From the NCBI GenBank assembly GCA_010909165.1, contig MU008178.1:632369-696368 (forward strand): a DNA stretch of 64,000 nt, read 5' to 3'. Below the pieces are notes generated by a model, which worked only from the letters and a program-made list of their open reading frames with translations, did not search any database and was not told the DNA's origin. This document shows positions 12,967 through 27,129 of this stretch, piece by piece. The position numbers and the translations under genes are program-made. The number at the start of each line of letters is the position of its first letter. Position 1 is the stretch's first letter. Origin of the DNA: Anthoceros angustus (taxonomy: Eukaryota > Plantae > Anthocerotophyta).

Positions 12967-13459
12967 ACACATTAAATTACGCATGATGGAGTGGAAGAAA
13001 TTGAAGGCAAAGTTGATGCACGAGGATGTGGAATAGTTTTTGTTGTAGGATGTAGAAGAGTTGATGTTGAGGGTCTTGTACCTTGTGTATATTGACTATA
13101 TCTGCAACAAAACAATTAGTATATATTGTCCTGACTTGACTTCTTAACCTTTTTAGTTTTGCATGTTGTTCAATATTTCCTTAATAATAGTGGTTATACT
13201 AAAGTTATTAAATTATAATATAATTTATTCTATATAGTACTACAATATTTTATATACTATTTATTTTGTGCGTGTGATTGAATAATCAGATTGAAGAGGA
13301 ACAAGATTTTATTGAGGTTGATGATCATTTTGAGGTTGATGAATTTTTTCGCAGTTAAGTTAAGTTCAGTTGCTTGCTTGTTTTATGTACTACACTCTAT
13401 TCTTCTATGAATATATATATAACAATGTAATTACTTAATACGTAATTGATCTGCATCTA

Positions 13460-13565
13460 TTACATATTTTGTTATGGTATCAGAGCCATGCTAGGTGTAG
13501 ATTGCATTCATGTTACATATTTTGTTATGGTATCAGAGCCATGCTAGGTGTAGATTGCATTCATG
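13460..13565 (+). repeat. Perfect 53-bp tandem duplication containing the tRNA-iMet PBS motif TGGTATCAGAGC
   Basis: Two identical units, 13460-13512 and 13513-13565. Confidence 0.85.
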
Positions 13566-14369
13566 TGAATGCACATTAAATTCTGCACATGTAGATGTGC
13601 ATATATATATATTTTTGTGTTTGTTTCTTGATTAGAAAATAGGTTCTAATAAGAAATAAAGAAAATGTTCAAGAAACCAAATTGTAGTTTGCTTTTTTGA
13701 TTTTTATTTAGAAAGATTTTGCATTTCTAGGAGTTCCCTAGTGCACCGTTGTCGATTGCCAAGGCAATTTGACACCGTGTACACTAGAACGATCGCCAAA
13801 AGTGGCAAAAATTCTTTATAAAATCATAATAGAAATTACAATATGCTTGAAGCATTTCTAAACACAAAATTGTGGCCAAATGAATGGCCAATCAATTGGA
13901 TGGGCAGCAATGGCAGCCACGCCCTGCTGAGCGAGTTCCACAACAGAATCGCCTCAGAGGGCAAGGCGCATAACAAAGCACACGATTGCGTAATCGCTTC
14001 ACCAATCGACTCAAGAATGGACTCAACACAAAATCAACTCAGATTTTGCGCTGGAACTAAGGGAGTCCTTCAATATTATAATTGAGACCTCTTCCCGAAC
14101 AACGCCATCTTGCTTGCCCTCCACCTAGAAACCCTAACAATCTCTATAATGCGTGTTCAGCGAGCATTTGATGGCAATGGTCACCCCAGAGGTTTCCTGA
14201 CCACACATGTCGCACCACACACAAGTGTTACACATTTGAATGCTCGAAGCACACCAGCAACATGTCGATAGGAGATTTCAAACAATCAGCCACAGACTTG
14301 CTGCTGCTAGTGTAGACTTGCGAGATCTAACAGAGAAGATAGAACATTTGGATTATAAACTGCTTACCT

Positions 14370-17223
14370 TGTTGAAACCTGCCTTGCTTGCAAACCCTGT
14401 ATTCAGAGGTGTTGCATGTAAGAAGGCAAGTAAAACAGATAGGTTTCATTTGTTTAACACTCCAAATTCATGTCCTTCTTGCTCTACCTACGCATTCAAC
14501 AAATGGGAGATTAGGAAACAAAGGATTGATAACAAAGTTTGTGTCTTTTCGTTCCTGAATCATCAGCCCTGTTGACCTGCACATGTTAGGTCAGACAGGA
14601 TCATTAAATAAACAGCCATATTAATCCTAACGTTTAGGAAGGACTAACGGCAGTCCTAAACATGGCTGACTCGAGCAATTCGAGTGGTGATGCATTCAAG
14701 GAAAAAGACTGGTTTGGGGGGACAGACATGATATGGGTAATGCGGATGCGTGGATCATTGCAACACAAGCGTGGAAATCGTGAAAGGGGAAGACTTGTTT
14801 CTCTAACTGCATTCACTCGATTCCACTCCTTCAATTGCTGAAAAGAAATTGCAGGATGCTTGACCGCTGATGAACTGCTCAAGACCTCATTAGGAGCGCC
14901 TAACCTCGACATGTTGAGACAGACCTGGATGCAAAACTGCAGCTGAGATTTGGTCCAGACTTCAAGACCTATTCGCAGGAACCACTTCAACGAGTCGATG
15001 ACAAAGACGCAATCTTCGAATCGCAAAATGAGAGATGATATTGAGAAACATCTTGGACATTTTAGATCAATGGTGTCTAAACTTGAGAGTGCTTCTCAAG
15101 AAAAGCCAGGATGACTTGCTCACATGCATTTCATGATGTCTCCGCCGAGTCGTGGTCACACTTTGTCACCTCCTACAATGCCTCGCACCTTCAAGGACAG
15201 AAGATAGCTAAGGCTGCAGGAGTTACATTACCCCCAACAACGTTTTCAGAGTTAGTGGGAGCTCTTCTTCAGGAAGAGGCAACAAGAGGGACAGGCAAGC
15301 GTGCTGGCAAGCAGCAGGCCCTGTACACCACCAACAAAGGAAAGGGCGTAAAGCCCAACTTCAGAGGTAAACTACATACCTCGGGTGCTAGCAACTCCCA
15401 GAGAGCTACTACACAAAAGAAGCCCAAGAAGGCTGGAAAATGCCACTGGTGCCAGATTCCAGGCCATTCGAAGAATGATTGTCGAAAGAAGCAGTCAGGA
15501 GTACCTCGCAAGGATGGTAACTCCACTTCTCAGACACATGTTGTGGTGACAAAACAAGGCTCTCCTTCAACCCTAACAGTAGGGAACAGGAAGTTTACTC
15601 GTCCTCTTGCAAACCCCACATGTCTGTCAGCAAATACTCAAGGCAAGCCCACACAAGAATGGTTCCTTGATACAGGTGCAACAATATACATTTGTTTCGA
15701 TAGAAACTCATTCACAATTGACTAGTTAAAGACCAGCTTTGTTTACCTAGGTGACGATAGCTCACTTGTGTCCCTGTGCATCAAGATGAAAATCCCGCCT
15801 TGTGCATCACGATCCTACCGATGACGATATCATGTGCCTGAAATGACAAGGAACCTAATTTCGTTCGAAGTTGAACATGGATAATAACAACCACATTCTC
15901 TTCACTCCAACAGAATGTAGGATTATAGATGCTTTTGATCATCGTAAAGTCCTAGCTTATGGGTCATCCGACCATGATCTTTCATTGCACACTCACATTA
16001 GTAATGCCAAAGCCAACTTAACTTCCAAGTCGTCAGAGACAGCTGCAAAGCAGGAAGAAAAAGCTAGGTTATGGCATATACGCCTAGGTCACCCTCACAG
16101 CACTAAGTTGCAGAAACTAGCTGCTAGTGACCTGTACAGTGATGGAAACATTGGACGTTTGCCATCCTTACCTCTCTGTGAAGCTTGTGTCGCCCTAAAC
16201 GCCATCATGTTTCAAGAACAAGGCTCCTCACCGGCTTAAGTTCTTGAGCTTGTGCACACCGACATGTGGGCCACTGGGCCACCCCTCAATTGGTGGTGAT
16301 ACTTCCTCACATTCACATGACAAGACAAGATTTGTCATTGCTTACATTTTGAAAGCTAAGAGGAATGCTATCCTGCTCAAAGACTATATGAAACTTGGCA
16401 GAGGTGGACGAAAAACTGAAAACTCTACGCTCGACAATGGTGGTGAATTCACATCAAACGAATTTCAAGCCTATTGCAAGGACGAAGGGATAGGAAGACA
16501 ACTTACAGTTGTTTACACCCCGCAACAGAATGGTGTTGCTGAGCGCTTGAACCTAACTCTGCAGGAGATGGTTTCATCTATGCTCCATCAAGCCTCATTG
16601 CCACTATCCCATCGGGTCAAGCCCTTATGATACCGTATTTACGAAACAAAGTTGCCTACAACTAGAATCGACCCCTTTGAAGCTTTGCAGTAAGCCACCT
16701 ATCCTACATCTTCGATTTTTGGATGTATCGCTTACGCCTTCATCCCTAAGGCCAAGAGAACAAAGTTAGCTGCTAAGGCCAAGAAATATCTTATGATAGG
16801 ATACACTGAAGGTATAAAAGCTTACAAGCTCTATGACGTACCTCAGAAGAAGGTGGTCTATGCACGCAGTGTGACCTTTGATGAAGGTCGAACTTGGCAG
16901 CAAGTGGGAGCTACTCTCCCTCAGGAGGACCTTGACCTTTCTGTCTTGTCTGATGTCACCGTTTTTGTTGATTCTGCCCTTGAGGAGATTGCTCCCCGCA
17001 GGGGATGAACAAAGACCATGATGAGCAGAGTGCAGTGAAGTCGATTTTGTCAACACTTGCAAAGAAGAACCTCCGCCCACCACGACCTTCTACCTCCACT
17101 TCCGACCTTCGATTGATGATGTTGAGGATTGATCCTTCCGACAAAGGCTGCGGTTGAACCTCGAACTTCACTTTGAACCCTCGAAATTCCACCACACCGA
17201 AAGGCCAAGCTTCTCATAAGAAA
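14370..17223 (+). mobile_element. Truncated Ty1/copia retrotransposon (putative short LTR, gag-PR-INT; RT/RNase H absent)
   Basis: Candidate LTR TGTTG...CCTAAC (14370-14631); ATG 14662; zinc knuckle CHWCQIPGHSKNDC; protease WFLDTGA; LWHIRLGH...CEAC; integrase DNGGEF...YTPQQNGVAER; FGCIAY...IGYTEGIKAYKLYD. The PR-INT order is copia-type. Confidence 0.9.
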
Positions 17224-18350
17224 CACTACAAGGAGGGGCTACCTTTTGCTAAATGGGTCTAAGTTTAGTTAGAGGAAACTACAACACTCTTATACTCAAA
17301 GCCTGTAAGTTTTTGAACATTTACAACAAGGGTTCCTAACTAATATGATGTGGCATGGATTTTACAAGGGGTTTGTTGACATGGCATGTTGACACGAATT
17401 TTACAACGGGATTTGTTGACATGGCATGTTGACACAAATTTTACAACGGGGTTTGTTGACATGGCTTGCTCGTTGTACATGACGTTGTTAATTGTGCATA
17501 AACTCTTTTGATTTAGAAAACTATGGGGGTTATTTGTTAATAAAACTACATTTTGTTGAATTTATAATGACGTGCATAAAGGATGTTGTAAAACGTACTT
17601 GTAAAAGACGTTGTAAACCATGTTTGTTGTAGATGGTTGTAAATTGTGCAAGACTTGATTTTTGGAATAATACCATTTATTGGAATATCTATGAATAGAT
17701 TTATTATTTGCTGATGTGGCAAGTTCGTTGCAAATGATGTTGTAAATATGTTTCTCTGGATTTATGTTAGTTATGGGATTATCTTTTTTTTTTTGTATTT
17801 ACTGACGTGTCACATGCATTGTAGCTATGGTTGTAAAACGCATGAAAACCATTTTATATAAATATCTATAAATAAATTTATTATTTGCTGACATGGCAAG
17901 CTCATTGCAAATATCATTGTAAAATGGTTTCTCCAATTTATGTTATATTATTGGATTATTCATTTTTATTGTATATTTATCGACGTGTCACATGCATTGT
18001 AGCTATGGTTGTAAAATGCACAAGCCAGCCAATATCCATGAATAAATATATTATTTGCTGATGTGGCATGTTGTTTAAATGCCGTTGTAAAATTTTGGAA
18101 GAGACCTTTTCCTTATTTATGTAATTTATGAGGTTATATATTAGTAAGATTATAAGATGTGGCATGCTTTTAAAATGTTGTAAATATGTGGAAGAGACCT
18201 TTTCTGATTTATGTCATTTATGAGGCTATATATTAGTGAAATTGTATGTGGCATGTTCATTGCAAATACATTGTAAAATGTTATACAAATTTATCGATTT
18301 ATAAATAGTGCCAGCGCATTGTAAATGTCGGTGTAAGAATTTTCCTAGCC
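17224..18350 (+). mobile_element. Left terminus and subterminal repeat region of a CACTA element (right end not found)
   Basis: CACTACAAG starts where copia homology stops, followed by many TTTACAAC/GTTGTAAA and TGACATGGCA repeats; similar repeats recur at 22020-22340. Confidence 0.65.
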
Positions 18351-19330
18351 AAGTTGTCAAAAACGAGGCGTGCATCTTGGCATACAGGTCCACCAGGGAA
18401 GCGCCCACAAGTACGTTATCCAAATGTCGTCTTTGCACAAGCTGTGAGTGCAGCTACCTGCCCTTCTGTAAGGCACCAACGCTTGCACATACCTTCAAAA
18501 GGCAAGCAAAAGTAACCTCATCAGCCACAAGTAGGCCCTCCTGTTGCATTTGCCCATACAAAAATAGCGCCTCTTGACCAAGCCCTTCGTCCATACCCAA
18601 AGAATCGTGCATTCAAGTCACCACATCCTTTGGGCTCAAGCATTGAAAAACTTGATGCGCATCTTCTACGCCACACTTTGCCTACATGTCCACCGCAAGT
18701 GCCCACAAGTGTGTTATCTAGTCTCTCCACAACTGGAGTGCTCTCAGTAAGGCACTTGCGCTTGCACTTGCCTCTAAGGCAAGCAAAGGTAACATGGTTG
18801 CCCACAATCGTGCCCTCCTTCTCCATTTGTCCATGAACAAGCGCCTCTTGGCCAAGCCCATGATTTGCATACCCAACTATCGTCCGTCCATGTCACGACA
18901 TCCTTTCGCCTAACCTATCGAAAACCGTGTGCCTCTTCCACCACTACGTTATACATGTCCAGACAGTTGGCAATAAACAAGTTCGGTGGAATGTCACTGT
19001 GCAACATATCATGCTGCACTTTTCTGCTAGATTCCGTGTCCACAAAGCAAATGCACAAGCTTGAAGGGCTGCTACAAAGATGTGGGCATCCGCCTTCACA
19101 CCAGCGACACATCGCATAGTAAAGTTGTATCGCCTCATTAGGCTCCCCATGTGTAGCATGTGCGGAGATTATTGAAAACCACATGAAGGGATTTGGTTGC
19201 CCACCCTCGTAGCCTACCTCCGGATACATACATCCGCAAGATATGGTTCCCCAAGTATGTGATGATTGCACAAGTTTGATGTGAGATCATGAACGCGCAT
19301 CCCACAACCATGTCCTTCTTATCTCGCACA
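18330..19330 (-). pseudogene. PLS-class PPR gene fragment (copy 1)
   Basis: WFSIISAHATHGEPNEAIQLY, VKADAHIFVAALQAC, NHVTFACL, VLVGASLVDLYAK are plant P/L/S PPR motifs; frameshifted. Confidence 0.85.
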
Positions 19331-19779
19331 AAGTTTTAGCACGATATATAAGATGGTGAGGAATAGAATAGTCTATCTACGCTAGATTTTCTGAGCTCCA
19401 ACGGCCTCGCAGAAGCTTTCCCTACTCACATAACGCGATGGTTACAGTGTCACGACTCCCATATCCAATCCGCACACCTCCTGTGCTCAGCTTTGCCGAG
19501 AGCTCGACTTGGAAGGAGAAGCACAATGACCCACCGCATATTCAAAGAAACAAGCTTCTCATCCAACAAGTCGGCTTGAACATGTTGTTTAACCCGAGGA
19601 CCTCACGGACTCCTTGCAGAATGTCGTGAGCGAGAGCTCCTCTTACCTCGCCTAGTTTCCCACGCACAAGAGGGAGTCCTAGGAAGTGGTGATGGGAGGA
19701 CGGTTACTTGGTGTGGTCACACGGTGAAGCGGCAGCTCAAGTCCGCTACGAGTCCGAGTCCTATCTATTCAAATAGGTA

Positions 19780-20030
19780 GGACTCAAGTCCTTGGTCTTT
19801 GGGGTTTGGGAAGAGCAGACTCAAGTCCTTGGTCTTGGGTTTGAATGATGTTCCTTGGTCCTTGGGAAAAGTAGTAGATAGAAGCCTATTTCGAGTCCTT
19901 GGTCTTGGGTCGGAAGGATGTTCCTTGGTCCTTGGGAAAATGGTATGTAGATAGAAACCTAGTCCTTGGTCTTGGGTTTCGGAAGGATGTTCCTTGGTCC
20001 TTGGGAAAAGTAGCATGTAGATAGAAACCT
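19780..20030. repeat. Tandem repeat (TCCTTGGTCCTTGGGAAAAGTAG..GATAGAA units)
   Basis: Motif repeated several times; a partial copy recurs at 23730-23800. Confidence 0.8.
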
Positions 20031-22956
20031 ATTTCGAGGGCCGAGGAAGGCAACTTCCTTGAACCATGGGAATTCGCTTTTCTAGATATTGCATGTAGGG
20101 CTATATATGCATGTTAGGTAGATCAGGGGTAAAATTGGCCGACTCATCAAGGGCCGTCGGGACATGTATACAATCTCGCTACTCCATGGTCGGAGTAGTG
20201 AGTTCAACCTAGGCCGTGGAGTATACGAAAAATTTTATAGCAACTGCGAATCTAGGTAGAATCCTAGTGTACTTCCTTTGGATTGCGCGCAATTCCAATG
20301 GAGATACACTAGGACAAGCCTGATTGTGCTATATAAAGATTTGTAATACAATGATATGCGAGTTCTTGCATATTAGCAAGACAAAGTCGGGCCTAATGAA
20401 ATGGCCAATCCAGAGCGCCAAGATGGCCCTACCGAGCTAATTTCTAATAGACGCAATAGGTATAGAGTTTCGATAGGCCTTCACTTGCGATAATCTACAT
20501 AGTATGTAATGCTGAAAAACCAATCTAGAGGGATTTCACGAAGCATGGTTAGTCGTAACATCCGAAATGTAGAGGCATGTTGAAATGTTGAAATGTCAAA
20601 TGATCTGGAAGAGGTTGAAGGACTGATGCGGAAAATGTCATTAGTGTAATGGCGATTGAGGTGATTCCACCGAAAAACACATAGGAGTATTTAGATCCTT
20701 AGTGCTAAGGTTGAAGGATCCTCGGTGACCTTCCGAGTGAAGAGGAGCTCACACTTTGACTCCTCATCTCACTTCCGAATCTTGATCTCACTTCGAGCTC
20801 AAACACGATCCCAAACGCAGAAGGTTAGTCAAGCAACCGGAGTATGTGCCTACACAAGAAAACCTCAGAGATTAACGAAAGCTCTTTCAAAAGAGCGCGA
20901 GAAGCATGTTCGAGGTCCGGGGTTAGAGAGTCCGGAACTTTCCTATCTAACCCTAACTAGCCTACATGCCACTACCTAATCCCACTGACTGGCCGTCTGG
21001 GAGGACTCTTCCTTTGGATTCTCTCGAGTCGGAGGACCTGGAGGCCTCAGAGCATCGGAGTCCTCACCGCACATGTAATCTTCAGGAGGAGATCCTCCTC
21101 AATCCTCAAGAGATCCCGTCAAGACACAAAGCAATTAGATAGCTTTAGAGCGAGTGGGAGTAGGAGGCGAGATGAAGCAAAACCCGTGTCACTTGAGCGG
21201 CTTACAACATGACCGAACAGAGTCAGAATTCACGACTCTGATCCGCTTCATGACTGCACAAGATGCTTGCATCGACATAGATAGGAGAGCTTGCTGCACG
21301 TGCCTAGGCTCACAATCTTCACATCCTTATCGGGGTTACCTCGAGGGAAATTGAGGCCGTGAGGGCCTCACCTCCCTCCGTCAGACATAGCCTCGCCCAC
21401 GTGTCAGAGGCCCCGAGCTCCCTCTTGCGGGAGGGGGGGCACGCGTGGGAGAAATTGTGGAAGCTAAGCCGCAATGGAGGACCTCCCATGTCCTCCGCGA
21501 TTATGGCCTCGCCTAGTCCTCAAGACCGTGCAGCTGTGAGGGCGCTCCGCTTTGGTCGGCTCGAGCTTCCCGCAGGAAGTGTCGCCGGGTCCCTGCAGCA
21601 GCAGAGGCGTTGTCCTAGCCGCCTTGCTTGCCGCAGCGCCTAGGGAGTCCCGGTGGCGGGGTTCGCATCCTTAGAGGAGGACGACATCTCGACTGTTACG
21701 CTCCACAACCCTTCTCCAATTGCAGAGCGTGAAGATGAAGAAGAGGAATATAACGCACTGGTGAGGACTGGTTTCACGCACGCAATATATACCGCGAGGA
21801 GCGGGGCGAACGCACAACGCAATGCATCTGCAGTTTTCACCCGACTCCATCCTACAAGGACCGGAGATGATCCGTTGTTGGAGCATCACTTTCCAAAATG
21901 ATCAACAAGTGGGAGTGAAGAGGTATACCCAAACACACCTCTCGTCCATCACACCTCCTCCCAGCTTCTCGACGGCCACCTCCTCAAATCAAGACAAAGA
22001 TTAATTGTTGAACGGACCGTGTTTTACAACACGGTCCGCTGTAAAGCCCAATTGTACGTTGTAAAATGTTTGAGACGGCCAGATCGGCCTCTCTCATGTT
22101 TTACAACATACGCAACCTAATCTAATTTACAACACGATCCATTGCAAACCTTTGTACATTGTAAAGCGTTTAAGAGAGGCCAAGATAGGCCTCCCACAAT
22201 TTACAACATAGTCTAATTTACAACACAGCCTGTAAAGCGCACTTGTATGTTGTAAAATGTATGACAAGGCCGGATCAGCCTCGACGTTTTACACCAAATT
22301 CACAACGTAGTCTCATATACAAGGTCCATTGCAAAGCGATCTTGCACGTTGTACACCTGCTTCCGGCCATTGACAAATTCACATTGTGTAGCCATTGACA
22401 AATTCACAGAGCCACCCGGCGGCGTAGAGAGACACAAGCCACGCCCCAAGTCGTACACTTGCTTTCGTGCTCTCACATAAATCATAGCAAGAGTTAGGAA
22501 CGGCACAGAAGCTGAGCAAACCAAGACTCCACAACACCCTCGGGCAAGAGAGATGCACCACCTTCAAGCAAGAGACATGCACCACCTTCGTGCAAGAGAC
22601 ATGCGCCTCTTCATGTGTCATTTAGTCATCAAACAACTTCCACCAAAAATTGGACAGAACTCGTAACGTGATTTCTTGATGCGAGCCATATGAACTAGCA
22701 TCCATGAATACACTAGCAGGAGCCATTAAGCCTTGGGTATTCTACCGATCTCGCCCATCAGCCCTCTCTCCTCGCTCTTTTGGTCGCTATCCGGGACGCC
22801 TGTTGATGTTCTACGCTTTCCCCATGAAATGTGCATCCATGTGAAATGTGAAAGAGATGTAGTGTGGCAATTATGCAGATGGATGTTGAAGCCATGAGAA
22901 AATGCGAGTGGACAACAAAGTTGCAATCGACATCGCACGCTTTGCAAGACGAGAAT

Positions 22957-23895
22957 GCTCAAGCATTGAAAAACTTGATGCGCATCTTCTACTTCGCCAC
23001 ACTTTGCCTACATGTCCACTGCAAGTGCCCACAAGTGTGTTATCTAGCCGTCCTCTCCACAATCAGGAGTGCACCGCCTGCCTTCCGTAAGGCACTTGGC
23101 TTGCACAGCCTTGGAAGGCAAGCAAAGGTAACATGGTTGCCCACAATCGCCCTCCTTCTCCATTTGTCCATCTAATAAGCGCCTCTTGGCCAAGCCATGA
23201 TTTGCATACCCAACTATCGTGGCCCATGTCACGACATCCTTTCTCGCCTAACCTATCGAAAACCGTGTTTGCCTCTTCGCTTCACCACGCTATGCATATG
23301 TCCACCAGATTGGCAATAAACAAGTTCGGTGGAATGTCACTGCAACATATCATGCCGCACTTTCGCTAGATTCTGTCCACAAAGAAATGCACAAGCTTGA
23401 AGGGCTGCTAAAGATGTGGGCATCCGCCTTACACCAGCGACACATCGTGATAGTAAAGTTGTATCGCCTCATTAGGCTCCCCATGTAGTATGCGGAGATT
23501 ATTGAAAACCACATGAAGGGATTTGGTTGCCCACCCTCCCGTAGCCTACCTCCGATACATACATCCGCAAGATATGGTTCCCCAAGTATGTGATTGACTG
23601 TACTCCAAGTTTGACCTGTGAGATCATGAACGCGTCATCCCACAACCATGTCCTTCTTTATCCGCACAAAGTTTTGTGCACGTATATATAAGCATCGAGG
23701 AATAGAATAGTCTATCTCGCGGTATTTTTGGTCCTTGGTCTGGTTTCGAAGGATGTTCCTTGGTCCTTGGGAAAAGTAGTATGTAGATAGAAACCTTATT
23801 TCGAGGGCCGAGGAAGGCAACTTCCTTGAACCATGGGAATTCCGCTTTTCTAGATATTGCATGTAGGGCTATATATGCATGTTAGGTAGACCTAG
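22957..23895 (-). pseudogene. Duplicate of the PPR fragment and flank (copy 2)
   Basis: 22957-23715 matches ~18636-19370 and 23735-23895 matches ~19960-20125. Confidence 0.85.
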
Positions 23896-25574
23896 GTAAA
23901 TTGGCACATTCTAAGAGGCAACTTCGAGAACTTCCCTAAGGTAATGGATCAAGAATCCTAGCAGTACTACCGGAATGGGATGCCTCGATTCGAGCATCTT
24001 GGATGCTTGTGACACACATGTGTTTGTCTCGCTCAAAATGTGAACGCACTCATCAAGTTCATGCAGGCAAGGAATCCTTCCGCCATCGGAAGAGCGGTTG
24101 GGGAATGGCATTTTCAACATCGATGGAGATGGAAGACGCAGCCGAAGACCCAAGCTTGAGTTCTCTTCTAGAGTGCTTGTGATTACAGCATTCCAACGCT
24201 GCTTAGAGACGGTATTGCCTCGTCAAAAGATTATTGCCCAAGCTCGGGAAAGGAGGAGGTTGTTGACATGCGTGAATGATGGTGTGTGGAGCATGTTGCA
24301 ACTGGCCTTCTTAATGCATGAATTTTGCCCGATGATTCAGTGCAAGCCATTGAAGGATCTCTTTCACAGATGACATTCGATTCCATTTGCAAAATCGGCA
24401 ACACCTTGGCAAGAGACATAACACGATAATATTTGAAGCGGTCAATATACATGAAGGTCAGTAGGGTCTATATACGTGGATCTCGGGTTTAAGATGGTTA
24501 TTAAAACGGCATGTTTGGGATTAGGCTACAGAAACGAGAAATAAGGGTGAAGATCACCGTCACAGCCATCTAGCCTCGAAAACGGTGTCTCTCCGCTTAT
24601 CATGCGTTTACCGTAGAAAATACCCATGTTCTCTCCTCATTGTGGGAAAAAAGTCGGTCGCTCGAGTTTCCTGTTTGTATAATCATTGTGGCCAAATGTG
24701 AAATCAACGCATTTAAAATCACATGCGTATACATGGAGACAACTATGGTATGGGTTTTGTAGAGGTTGTCATATCACCGAAAATGTATGCGGCGATTGGT
24801 GTGTGAGGGGCGCCGCATGCCGCCTTTTGCTGGGTCTACGACCAGCCGCATGAAACGCGCGGATATGTCCGTGTTATACGATGGCGAAAACGAACAAAGA
24901 TGGGAGCATATGGCGCTAGAGGGTGGAAAGTGGAGCACAAGGCCCATGTCCGCCGTCACCTACATCGCCTTATAACGGGTAAATGTTAATGACTAGTGCA
25001 ATTGTAATCATGAAATGCTGCGCTAGTGTATTGCAAGAAAGCCAAAACATGGTAGACGTGACAAGGTGACATTTAAGATGTACACATCGACGGCATGGTG
25101 GTCCTCGCATGTCTTAAAACAATGTATGACAAGAACATGAAACTTATGCCCGACAACTCCGGTGTCCGACTTTCAAACCCTATGCCATGAAGAGAAATTA
25201 GGATAAACATAAGGTTCCCTTTATTTCTTCATTGCTTAGCACATGTCATTACTCTTCGCTCAATCGAGACCTCGTCCCCGCCCACACAGCCTCATCTCCA
25301 TCTTCATCACTCTCCATTCACTACTACATTTGAGGATCCAAAACAACGTAAAAACAACGCATGTTTGTAAAAAACGGAAAAGTTGAAAACAACGCCACCC
25401 GAACCTAGCTGAAAATAACTAAACGCCGTTGTTTTCGTTTTGCTATTTAGAACTGTTGTTTTTCCTAACTCATCTTTAACCCATACCCCTAACCTCGCTC
25501 CGTATTTCTTTCCGTTCACTGCTACCGCTGGTCGCCCCTGCCCACCGCCCCTGCTTCATCATTATCGCCCAACG

Positions 25575-25700
25575 TTCGCCCGCTGCTTCGCCCGCTGCTT
25601 CGCCCGCTGCTTCGCCCGCTGCTCCGCCGCTCCTGCCCGCTATTTCGCCCGCTGCTCCGTCATTCTCGCGCCCGCTGCTCCTGCTTCACTGCTCCGCCCG
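25575..25700. repeat. 12-bp minisatellite (TTCGCCCGCTGC)n
   Basis: Four near-perfect copies plus degenerate copies. Confidence 0.85.
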
Positions 25701-27129
25701 CTGTCAGATGCATTGCTTTCCATTCCCGCTTCTATTCCCCATTTGGATAATAAAACAATAATTACTCAATAAAAATACTTTACTAAAAAATGGGATCAGT
25801 GGATGCTCCGTGGTCAATTCCACGGTTTATCTCGCAGCCAAGTCATCAAGGACTCGCCATATCCAAAGTGATCAAACCGCTCCTCAATAGTATGAACATA
25901 TCGGCGCAGAAGTGATAGTATAATAATCTCGCCTCAACACCTCGGCCAAATCATCAAGGACTCCGCCATATCCAAAGTGATCAAACCGCTCCTCAATAGT
26001 GTGAACATATCCAGGCGAGAAGTGATAGTATAATAATCTCGCCTCAACACCTCGGACCAAATAAAAGAAACAATCGAACTCGACTTTCTTGTCGAATGTT
26101 GCCTTAAAGGTCACTCAATTCGAAATTCCATGGAGGTATGTAGGGACTTGGTGCTTCTTACCACGCTTTAGACTGAAGTCACGACCAATCAGTGACCTCC
26201 TCTCCTACCATGAACTCAGACTTGCGGTATGAGCCTCAAGATATCCCTTAGCACTTGGGCTGATCAAGAAACAAGAAATGTACCTCAAGTATGCATTTTC
26301 CAACAAGAAATGTACCTCAAGAATGCATTTTGAAATAATCAAATATAAAACCACCAGTGCTGTCCACAAATGATAGTCTAGCTGGTTCTTTCCAAGAATG
26401 TGTCTTTACAGAAGGAGTAAGAGACAGCCACACGGGCGCATTAGCCTTGCACTTCACAGAGATGCTTACTTGGGCCTATCAACGACAAAACTGATGAACC
26501 CAAAACCGCAAAGATATGGACAAAATAAGACATAACGCAAGATCTTGATCGCACTTAATACCTGTGTGAACAAAATATTCAGAACGGTGCATTGACAGAC
26601 ACATCCAAGACAGTGGCAAAACAAGACACCCATAGCTCTTTCCTCTCCATCCAAGAAACAGAAGCCTATACTCTCCTTGAGGAACCTCTACAGGATAGGA
26701 GAAAAGACATAAGAAGCATGAACATACATGATTACATACTAGACCATGGAGGGCCACCTACCTCGAAACAAAACAATCCCTTGTCATCAACCTTCTTTGT
26801 TTGACTCAAGGCTTCAACACAGTCCATGGGTGAGTTGGATGTAATGTTGGGACCCAAAAGATCAACAGTTAGAATGCGCAAATCGATTTCCACACGAGAC
26901 AAATGTAACATCCGCACCATCCACCTTCTTGACTTATCACTACAAACACCAACCTTGCTTTCAACACCGGGAGAATACTTTCAACAACTCCACAAACATT
27001 GTAGTGCGTAGCAATTATATATGATATAGAAGCCATGTTTGGTAGCACTGTTGGCATCTTGGGAGTTAGCAAGAAGCCAACATATTTGCAAAACAAAAGC
27101 ACATGACCCAGGAGGAGGCAAATAGATAA

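Noticed and set aside
26999-27006. TTGTAGTG as the right TIR of the CACTA starting at 17224
   Set aside because: The match is only 8 bp, it lies inside another CACTA, and it has no matching TSD or subterminal repeats
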